A DNA stretch of 64,000 bases from a bacterium (GTDB lineage Bacteria > UBP6 > UBA1177), in NCBI GenBank assembly GCA_017405875.1, contig JAFQZM010000013.1, forward strand, positions 1,709 to 65,708. Direction: 5' to 3'. The position numbers were made by a program, and so were the translations under genes. Positions 9,859 through 17,389 of the stretch are shown here, in pieces. Below the pieces are notes generated by a model. It did no database searches. It was not told the origin of the DNA and saw only the letters and a program-made list of their open reading frames with translations. The first letter of the stretch is position 1; each line of letters opens with the position of its first letter.

Positions 9859-10857
9859 ATGGGTAAAATCGTTGAAATAGCTAAAATATTAGTTTCACCT
9901 ACTGAAAAATTAATTGATGTAATTCGAGCTGCAATTGGTAAAGCCTATGAACCAAGATATGAGAAAAGGATGAGTGATGCTAAAGCATATGAAATTACAA
10001 CTGTTGCAAACGCATTAAGAGATTCAAGCGACATTCCTATCACATATAGTAAAGAAGGCTTGACAATGAGCACAACAGATTTTGATGAGTTCAAAAAACG
10101 AACTCAAAGCCGTTTGGCATATCAAGAGCTGACAAAACAAAAAAATATAGAGTCTGTAGCTGATTACGCCTACGCACAATTAGAAGGTGCGGCAGATGTT
10201 CCTAATGATCCTGTTGATCAAGATTGGATAAATAGATTCTTTAATTCTGTTGCTGATGTCAGCAATGAAGATATGCAACTTTTGTGGGGAAAAATTCTTG
10301 CAGGTGAAGTTAAACAACCAGGGAGCTTTTCATTGCGTACTTTGGAAACTTTAAGAAATATGAGCAAAAAAGATGCTGAACTTTTTGTTAAAATTGCTCC
10401 ATTTTTAGTTTCTATCACTTCTGACTCTCAAAAAGTACTTTCTTCAGATGACGAATTATGTGAAAAGTATGGTTTGTCTTATGGAAAGATTATTATGATC
10501 TTGGATGAATGTGGATTGATTAATTCTTCAGCATTTCTGACTTTCAATCTTTCGCTTACTAAAGAACAAGAAATTCCTGTGTATACTCTCGAAAGAGTTG
10601 CTTTGCTGAGAGGACTAAACGATAACAGTGTAAAAATTTCATTTGGGGTCCACACTTTAACAAAAGTAGGATTGGAATTGTTTAATCTTATTGATGCAAA
10701 ACCAAACAATGAATATTTTAGTGATTTCATAAAGAACATAGAATCAGCTAACAAAGGAAAAGTTGTTGCAACTATTCATAGTGTAAATACGATACAAAAT
10801 GGTGGCATAAATTATAAAAAGGAACCTATCGAAATTATTAAAAGTGATAATAAATAA
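9859..10857 (+). CDS. DUF2806-like protein (uncharacterised; assignment from recalled motif)
   Basis: 332 aa; central DQDWINRFFNSVADVSNEDMQLLWGKILAGEVKQPGSFSLRTLETLRNMSKKDAELF resembles the DUF2806 (PF10987) core as I remember it. RBS AGGAGAACAGA. 30 bp after the TIR-like gene, same strand. Confidence 0.5.
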   Translation: MGKIVEIAKILVSPTEKLIDVIRAAIGKAYEPRYEKRMSDAKAYEITTVANALRDSSDIPITYSKEGLTMSTTDFDEFKKRTQSRLAYQELTKQKNIESVADYAYAQLEGAADVPNDPVDQDWINRFFNSVADVSNEDMQLLWGKILAGEVKQPGSFSLRTLETLRNMSKKDAELFVKIAPFLVSITSDSQKVLSSDDELCEKYGLSYGKIIMILDECGLINSSAFLTFNLSLTKEQEIPVYTLERVALLRGLNDNSVKISFGVHTLTKVGLELFNLIDAKPNNEYFSDFIKNIESANKGKVVATIHSVNTIQNGGINYKKEPIEIIKSDNK

Positions 10858-10977
10858 ATTGCAAGGCAAACCAATGACCGGCTTTATTAAACAAATTCTC
10901 TACGCAGCGTGTAGCGAATTAAGCAGGTCACATATCCGTGAAACAGCGGCGGTTATTGCTTCTTTTGGCAATAGCAC

Positions 10978-11200
10978 CAAAAAACTACCAAGACAAATGC
11001 GAAAAAACTAGGGTAGAAAGCGAAAAAACTAGGGTGGAAAATGAGAAAACTAGGGTAAAAAACTGTGGAGAAAACCAAGAAACTGTGGAGAAAAACTGTG
11101 GAGAAAACTAAAACAATTACCCAAAAAACTACCCAAAAAAGTTCACAGAAAAGTACAGTGAAAGGTACAGTGAAAAGTACGGTGAAAAGTTCGGAAAAAA
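10978..11200. repeat. Second ~12 bp motif array (ACTAGGGT x3, ACTGTGGAG x3, ACTACCCA x2, GTTCACAGAAAA, GTACAGTG x2, GTACGGTG, GTTCGG)
   Basis: Read directly. Shares ACTGTGGAGAAAA, ACTAGGG, ACTACCCA and GTTCACAGAAAA units with the 7058-7280 array, so the two arrays bracket hsdS plus the two embedded genes. ORF 11065-11388 is its translation. Confidence 0.7.
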
Positions 11201-11226
11201 TAATGGAACTCGTTAAAATTGTAGAA

Positions 11227-11272
11227 CCCCTCTCAGTCGCTTTGCGACAGCTCTCCCTAAGGGCGAGCCAAG
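11227..11272. repeat. Copy of the ~48 bp hairpin repeat family
   Basis: cccctctcagtcgctttgcgacagctctccctaagggcgagccaag. Confidence 0.6.
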
Positions 11273-11364
11273 AAAGAGGAGCGAGTCTTAGTAGTTACTA
11301 CCAAGACAAATGTGGAAAAACGAATTTAAAAAAATGCGGTAATTTTGGGGTGTTAGAAATAAAA

Positions 11365-11557
11365 GTGAACTTTAAAAGTGTACTTTAAGTAGCCTTTAAG
11401 TGTACTTTAAAAGTAGACTTTAAGTAGACTTTAAGTAGCCTTTAAGTGTACTTTAAAAGTATACTTTAAGTAGCCTGAGTAGACTTTGAGTAGACTTTGA
11501 GTAGACTTTGAAGTAGACTTTGAGTAGACTTTAAGTGGTCTTTAAGTAGACTTTGAA
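11365..11557. repeat. Tandem array of ~17 copies of an 11 bp unit GTAGACTTTRA (variants GTGTACTTTAAAA, GTAGCCTTTAA, GTGGTCTTTAA)
   Basis: Read directly; period 11 (occasionally 12-13). Ends ~35 bp before the hsdR start codon. Confidence 0.8.
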
Positions 11558-11589
11558 ATGGAAGACGAGAAGGTAAATGCGGAGAAAAC

Positions 11590-14397
11590 ATGATGCCGGA
11601 AGAAGTTAAAAAGTTTGATGTTTCAAACCCCTCTCAGTCTGCTGCGCAGCCAGCTCTCCCTAATGGCGAGCCAAGCGAATACGCGACCCGCAAAAAATAC
11701 ATCGACACGATGCTGCGTGATGACGGCTGGATAGAGGGAAAAAACTGGCTCAACGAATACGAACTCCCTGGTATGCCGAACAAGTCGGAAGTGGGTTTTG
11801 CCGACTATGCGCTGTTCGGTGACGACGGCCGCATCCTTGCTGTAATCGAGGCGAAACGCACCTGCGTCGATGTTTCAAAAGGGAGGCAGCAGGCAAAACT
11901 TTACGCCGATCTGATTGAGAAGAAGCAGGGATTCCGCCCGGTTGTTTTTCTTTCAAACGGTTTCGAGACGCGGATCGTTGACAACCAGTATCCTGAGCGG
12001 AAGGTCGCAAGGATCTATTCAAAACGCGATCTTGAAAAGTGGTTCAATCTTCAGCGGATGCGCAGCATCCTGAAAAACATTATGGTGGATAGAAATATCG
12101 CCGGACGTTACTATCAGGAAGCTGCAATAAAAGCGGTATGCGACAGCTTCGGAGAGAAAAACCGCAGAAAGGCTCTCCTTGTCATGGCGACAGGTTCCGG
12201 CAAAACAAGAACCGTCATCGCTCTCGTAAAAGTGCTGATGGACAAGGGCTGGATCAAAAACGTCCTCTTCCTCGCAGACAGAAATTCCCTCGTGACCCAG
12301 GCGAAACGCAGCTTTGTGAACCTTCTCCCCGATCTTTCTGTCACAAATCTCTGCGAAGAAAAATGCAACATAGAAGCTCACTGCGTCTTTTCGACTTACC
12401 AGACAATGATAAACTGCATCGATTCAGTGCGCGACAAAGAAGGAAGAGTCTTTTCCTGCGGACACTTCGACCTTCTGATATGCGACGAAGCGCACCGCTC
12501 GATCTACAACAAATATCAGGAAATTTTCAACTACTTCGATTCTCCGCTCGTAGGTCTCACCGCGACACCGAAAGACGAAATCGACAAAAACACCTACGAG
12601 GTTTTCGAGCTTGAAAACGGCGTTCCGACTTACGGATACGAGCTGGCGCAGGCAGTAAAAGACGGCTATCTGGTCGATTTTCTTTCAGTCGAAACGACAC
12701 TCAAATTCATCCAGCGCGGAATAGTTTACGACGAACTGAGCGATGAAGAAAAAGAGGAATACGAAAAGACTTTTGCCGATGAAAGCGGCGAAATCCCCGA
12801 AAGCATCACCCCGTCAGCACTGAACGACTGGATCTTCAACGAAGACACCATCCGCAAAGTCCTGCGAATCCTGATGAACGACGGACTTAAAATCGACTAC
12901 AACAGCAAAATCGGCAAAACGATCATCTTTGCAAAAAACCACAGACACGCCGAAAAAATCCTCGAAGTTTTCGGGAAGGAATTTCCCCACCTGAACAACT
13001 ACGCCAAAGTGATCGACAACACCATAAACTATGCCCAGAGCGCGATCGACGAATTCTCGGACGCAAAAAAACTGCCGCAGGTAGCCATTTCAGTCGATAT
13101 GCTCGATACCGGAATCGATGTTCCCGAAGTGCTGAATCTGGTTTTCTTCAAAGTCGTTCTCAGCAAAGCAAAATTCTGGCAGATGATAGGACGCGGAACA
13201 CGCCTATGCCCGGGACTTATCGACGGATTCGACAAGACAAAATTCTATATCTTCGATTTCTGCGGGAACTTCGAGTTTTTCCGCATGAACAAAGGGCGCG
13301 CAAGTGCCGAAACTGTGGCTCTGCAAGGGGCTCTTTTCCTTCTCAAAGCGCAGATCGCCTTCAAACTTCAGGAGATCATCTGGCAGACACCTGAACTCAT
13401 CGCTTTCCGCAAAAAACTGGTTGAGGAAATGGTGAAAAAAGTGCGCGAACTCGACCGCGGCAATTTTGCCGTAAGACAGCATCTGAAATATGTCGAACTC
13501 TATTCAGACCCTGAAAACTACAAGGCTTTGACTTACGAAGAGACACTCAACATGAAGCGCGAACTCGTGCCGCTTATCCAGCCCGACATCGATGATGTCA
13601 AAGCACTGCGTTTCGATGCCCTTCTTTACGGAATAGAGCTTGCATTATTAGCAGGAAACAAATACGGCGCGGCGCGGAACGACCTCATGAAAAAGGTGAA
13701 TGCCGTGGCAAATATCGCCAATATTCCCGCAATTATGATGCAGTCAGAACTTATAAACAAAATCCTCCACACATATTACCTGGATACCGCAGGAATCATG
13801 GAATTTGAGGAGATCCGCATAAATCTGCGCAATCTGATGACGTATGTCAACTATTCGCACAGTCTATACGACACGAATTTCAGCGACGAAGTGCTTTCGA
13901 CAAAATGGAGCGTCGCAGAAGCCGAAACTACCTATCTCGCAACTTACCGCGAACGGGCGGAATACTTTGTCCGCAAGCACCAGAACGAAGGAGTCATCGC
14001 CAAACTCAAAAGCAATCTTCCTCTCACAGGCAAAGATATGACCGATCTCGAGGCGATACTCTGGAGCGAAGCAGGAACCAAGGAAGATTACGAAGCTTTG
14101 TATAAAGCAAAACCGCTCGGCGAATTCGTGCGTGAAATCGTCGGACTCGACATGAATGCGGCAAAAGAGGCTTTCGCGGAATTTCTGAACAACACCAGCC
14201 TTGACAGCCGCCAGATCTATTTCGTCAACCAGATCGTGGAATACATCGTTCACAACGGCATGATGAAAGACCTTTCAGTCCTTCAGGAAGCACCGTTTAC
14301 CGACCGCGGCAGCATCGTGGAAGTCTTCACCGACCTTTCAGTCTGGGCAGGCATCCGCAAAGTAATTGAGCAGGTCAACGCAAACGCAGCGGCGTAA
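11590..14397 (+). CDS. hsdR: Type I restriction-modification system restriction subunit R (SF2 helicase/endonuclease)
   Basis: 935 aa with an N-terminal RKKYIDTMLRDDGW HsdR motif, PD-(D/E)xK region (VIEAKR), Walker A ATGSGKTRT, DEAH-like LICDEAHRS and helicase C-motifs (QMIGRGTR). The N-terminal 30 aa include an in-frame repeat copy. Confidence 0.95.
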   Translation: MMPEEVKKFDVSNPSQSAAQPALPNGEPSEYATRKKYIDTMLRDDGWIEGKNWLNEYELPGMPNKSEVGFADYALFGDDGRILAVIEAKRTCVDVSKGRQQAKLYADLIEKKQGFRPVVFLSNGFETRIVDNQYPERKVARIYSKRDLEKWFNLQRMRSILKNIMVDRNIAGRYYQEAAIKAVCDSFGEKNRRKALLVMATGSGKTRTVIALVKVLMDKGWIKNVLFLADRNSLVTQAKRSFVNLLPDLSVTNLCEEKCNIEAHCVFSTYQTMINCIDSVRDKEGRVFSCGHFDLLICDEAHRSIYNKYQEIFNYFDSPLVGLTATPKDEIDKNTYEVFELENGVPTYGYELAQAVKDGYLVDFLSVETTLKFIQRGIVYDELSDEEKEEYEKTFADESGEIPESITPSALNDWIFNEDTIRKVLRILMNDGLKIDYNSKIGKTIIFAKNHRHAEKILEVFGKEFPHLNNYAKVIDNTINYAQSAIDEFSDAKKLPQVAISVDMLDTGIDVPEVLNLVFFKVVLSKAKFWQMIGRGTRLCPGLIDGFDKTKFYIFDFCGNFEFFRMNKGRASAETVALQGALFLLKAQIAFKLQEIIWQTPELIAFRKKLVEEMVKKVRELDRGNFAVRQHLKYVELYSDPENYKALTYEETLNMKRELVPLIQPDIDDVKALRFDALLYGIELALLAGNKYGAARNDLMKKVNAVANIANIPAIMMQSELINKILHTYYLDTAGIMEFEEIRINLRNLMTYVNYSHSLYDTNFSDEVLSTKWSVAEAETTYLATYRERAEYFVRKHQNEGVIAKLKSNLPLTGKDMTDLEAILWSEAGTKEDYEALYKAKPLGEFVREIVGLDMNAAKEAFAEFLNNTSLDSRQIYFVNQIVEYIVHNGMMKDLSVLQEAPFTDRGSIVEVFTDLSVWAGIRKVIEQVNANAAA
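11628..11675. repeat. In-frame copy of the ~48 bp hairpin repeat within the first 30 codons of hsdR
   Basis: cccctctcagtctgctgcgcagccagctctccctaatggcgagccaag encodes NPSQSAAQPALPNGEPSE upstream of the conserved HsdR N-motif. Confidence 0.55.
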
Positions 14398-14559
14398 CCC
14401 TCTCAGCCAGCGTTGCGAAGAAACCCTCTCAGTCGCTTCGCGCCAGCTTCCCCTGAGTGGGAGCCATGTGGGTGAGAGGCAAGTCTTGGCTCGCCCTTTG
14501 GGAGAGCTGTCTGCACAGCAGACTGAGAGGGCAAAGTGTCACGCAGTGACGGAGAGGGC
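14398..14559. terminator. Cluster of 3-4 copies of the hairpin repeat family in inverted orientation immediately after the hsdR stop; likely transcription terminator / island boundary
   Basis: ccctctcagtcgcttcgcgccagcttcccctgagtgggagcca ... cttggctcgccctttgggagagctgtctgcacagcagactgagaggg form a long inverted repeat, plus partial flanking copies. Confidence 0.5.
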
Positions 14560-14571
14560 ATCAGCCGATTT

Positions 14572-15804
14572 TTAAAACACCGCTGAAACCAGCACGAAAA
14601 GCCAGTGTGCGGAAATGCCGGCACAGAGACCGCCGATGGTGTGGCTGAATATCGCCTTGCCGATGAGTTCTTTGCAGTCGAGGCTGTCCATCATCGAAGT
14701 GTGGGTGCTCAAATATCCGCTCCAGCACATGCACATTGCGGTAAAAACTGCGATGTCGCAGGGACCGACGAGTTTTGCGTGAACGAGGCGTTCCGCAAGG
14801 CTGAGTGAAGCTCCTGCCGCTCCGAGAGCGGTTACCGGAATACCGATGGCTTCGGGGGACGAGAAACCGAAGAGCGGTTTCAATATGAAATTTACTTTTG
14901 CCGCGAGTACGGGAAGAAGCCTTATGCCTTCGTAGGCCGCGCCGGTGTAGGCTCCGCTTTCCGAGGGGCCGTTGATGAGCATCATGACGAGCGTGCAGAT
15001 GACGAGGACGCCGGGAACTATCGCAAGTCCCATTTCAACACCGCCGTGGCCGCCTTCAAGTATCGCGTCGATGATTCGTCTGCCGAGACCTCCAGCTCTG
15101 ACCGGACGCATATGCAGAGGCGGCATTTCCATTGTCTGACAGTCAGGAACCATTTTTTCTTTCGTGCCGAAAATCTTCTTCGTAAATCCGAGCATTAACC
15201 TCGTGCTGATGAGGCTGCCGATGACTGCTCCGATGATACCGATTATTACTGCCATTCCGAGCGGCTGCCCCATTGCCGGAGAAAGGCTGTACATATATGA
15301 ACAGACGATAAGCCCCATTCCGAAAGCGGTTCCCAGATTGGTGAGAGCCGGGAACTGGTATTTTTTGAAAAAGCGGCGGAAGTTGTTGTCTTCGGCAAGT
15401 GCAAGTATCGCCGGATTATCTGAAAGAAATGTCGTGACGATACCGAGCGACGCGGCTCCGGGCATACCGAAAAGCGGTTTCATGAGCGGCTGGAGAAGCC
15501 TGTTTGCAAGCGAAACGAAACCGAATTCCGAAAGCAGCGCCGAGACCGAGCCCATGATGACACAGACCGCAGTCAGATAAAGGACTGTGTCAATGAGCAG
15601 GCGGTAAGCGGTGTTCATCATCGTGTTGAGCGTGTTTTCAAGCCCCATCTGGGTGGCAAAAAGGGCGAAAAATCCGAAAAATATTACGGGAAAAATAAAA
15701 GTTTCAAGCCCGAGTTCTTTTTTGTAGTAAATCTTCGAGCCGGGAATTCTCTGCATAGCGTGTTCAACCTCCGATCCAAGCAAGCCAACAACAAAAAACA
15801 GCAT
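14572..15804 (-). CDS. Polytopic membrane protein with nucleoside-recognition (Gate) domains, YjiH/SpmA-B-like
   Basis: 410 aa, hydrophobic throughout; a second Gly-rich Gate-like segment (AIVPGVLV...). Start may be the internal Met (MQRIPGS). Confidence 0.5.
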   Translation of the reverse strand: MLFFVVGLLGSEVEHAMQRIPGSKIYYKKELGLETFIFPVIFFGFFALFATQMGLENTLNTMMNTAYRLLIDTVLYLTAVCVIMGSVSALLSEFGFVSLANRLLQPLMKPLFGMPGAASLGIVTTFLSDNPAILALAEDNNFRRFFKKYQFPALTNLGTAFGMGLIVCSYMYSLSPAMGQPLGMAVIIGIIGAVIGSLISTRLMLGFTKKIFGTKEKMVPDCQTMEMPPLHMRPVRAGGLGRRIIDAILEGGHGGVEMGLAIVPGVLVICTLVMMLINGPSESGAYTGAAYEGIRLLPVLAAKVNFILKPLFGFSSPEAIGIPVTALGAAGASLSLAERLVHAKLVGPCDIAVFTAMCMCWSGYLSTHTSMMDSLDCKELIGKAIFSHTIGGLCAGISAHWLFVLVSAVF

Positions 15805-15890
15805 TCAGCCAAAGAGCGTTTTGCGCCGCCCTTCTATAGAGTTGCATGCAAAAGTCAACCAAAATTTACTTTTTTTGAAAAATCGAAGAG

Positions 15891-16679
15891 CTACCAGACC
15901 ATTCCTTCGAAAGTTTCAGGAAATTTATAGGTGAGCATCTCTTCGGGAGTTCTGAAAAGCTTGTAGAGGAAAAGCCCGCTTCCGGGAAGTGTGTGCGGCA
16001 CGAGATTGCGGTTTTTCGCTTCGATGAGTCCGGGAATCTCAAAAGGCTCGATCCTGCCTCGCCCTACTCCGACCAGGGTTCCCGCCATGATTCTTATCTG
16101 GTGCTTCAAAAAACCGTCGCCTGAAAAATCGAGCGCTAAATATCCCTCAAATTCTGTGATTTTTGCCTGATGGATCGTGCGGACTGTCGTTTTGACGTCG
16201 CTTCCTGCCGACATGAATGACGCGAAATCGTGAATTCCGACAAAATGACGCATCGCTTCTTTCATTTTCGGGATATCGAGCGCATATCCGCTGTGCCACG
16301 AATAATCGGCTGCAAAAGGAGATGCTGCCGGTTTTGTGCAGATCATGTAGCGGTAGTGCTTTCCTGCGACAAATTCGCGCCCGTCGTGCATTCCTTCGAC
16401 CGTTTCGACCTTGGTCACGCGGATATCACTAGGCAGAAATGAGTTCAGCCCTTTCTGAAAATTTTCGGGCGGAATATTCCTGAGCTCGGGAACTGTCGCG
16501 ATGAATTCAAGAGCGTGGACACCCGCGTCTGTCCTGCTGCAGCCCGAAGGAAACGGCGTTTCAGTCCTGAAAATCTCAGAAACGACGTCTTTCAGAACGC
16601 GCTGAATCGTAACCGCGTTTTCCTGCGACTGCCAGCCGTGATAATTTTTGCCGCAAAAAGCCAAAGTGAGAACGTACAT
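15891..16679 (-). CDS. truA: tRNA pseudouridine(38-40) synthase
   Basis: 262 aa; MYVLTLAFCGKNYHGWQSQ N-terminus and the catalytic RTDAGVHA motif. Confidence 0.9.
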   Translation of the reverse strand: MYVLTLAFCGKNYHGWQSQENAVTIQRVLKDVVSEIFRTETPFPSGCSRTDAGVHALEFIATVPELRNIPPENFQKGLNSFLPSDIRVTKVETVEGMHDGREFVAGKHYRYMICTKPAASPFAADYSWHSGYALDIPKMKEAMRHFVGIHDFASFMSAGSDVKTTVRTIHQAKITEFEGYLALDFSGDGFLKHQIRIMAGTLVGVGRGRIEPFEIPGLIEAKNRNLVPHTLPGSGLFLYKLFRTPEEMLTYKFPETFEGMVW

Positions 16680-16822
16680 TTTTCCTCTGCAAAAACCAAA
16701 AACGGGCGATTATACTCACAAATCCTGAAATTGAAATTGAAGCGCAAAAAAATCTTTACACTTTTCTGCATTGGTGAAAAATAGAGCGTTATTTGCTGAT
16801 TTTGTTGAGAAAAGGGGGATTT

Positions 16823-17389
16823 ATGAAAAAAAGTGCTATTTTAGGGATTTTGATTTCGGTTTTTCTTCTTTTTTCGTGCCAGAACGGTGACAGTAAGGAA
16901 AATCCGAAAGAAAACAGCGTAAAACCGGCAGAAGAGGCGACTATCAGTCCTGCAAAACCTGAAAAAACAGAAGAAACGGAGGAATTAACAATGCAGTCAG
17001 TTTATGAATTTATCAAAGAGTGCAAAACTTATTACCTGGCGACAGTTGAAGCAGACGGTCAGCCGAGAGTACGTCCTTTCGGAACGATCGACATTTTCAA
17101 CGGCAAACTTTACATCCAGACAGGCAAGAAGAAAAACGTCTCGAAGCAGCTCGCAGCCAATCCCAAAGCGGAACTCTGCTGCTTTGACGGCAAAAAATGG
17201 CTCAGACTTTCGGGCGAACTCGTAAACGACGACAGCGTCGAAGCAAAAAAGCACATGCTTGACAACTATCCGAATCTCCGCGGAATGTACAACGAAAACG
17301 ACGACAACACTCAGGTTTTGTACTTCAAAAACGCAACTGCTGTTTTCACGAGTTTCGGCGGCGGAGAACCGAAAACGGTTAAATTTTAG
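16823..17389 (+). CDS. Lipoprotein with a C-terminal pyridoxamine-5'-phosphate-oxidase-like (split-barrel, FMN-binding/general stress protein 26-like) domain
   Basis: MKKSAILGILISVFLLFSC lipobox signal; RBS AAGGGGGA. C-terminal domain with a PNPOx-like pattern (YLATVEADGQPRVRPFG...). Confidence 0.55.
   Translation: MKKSAILGILISVFLLFSCQNGDSKENPKENSVKPAEEATISPAKPEKTEETEELTMQSVYEFIKECKTYYLATVEADGQPRVRPFGTIDIFNGKLYIQTGKKKNVSKQLAANPKAELCCFDGKKWLRLSGELVNDDSVEAKKHMLDNYPNLRGMYNENDDNTQVLYFKNATAVFTSFGGGEPKTVKF

Noticed and set aside
11365-11557. Possible CRISPR array
   Set aside because: The units are contiguous 11 bp repeats with no intervening unique spacers and there are no cas genes. A CRISPR array would have 24-48 bp repeats separated by spacers.
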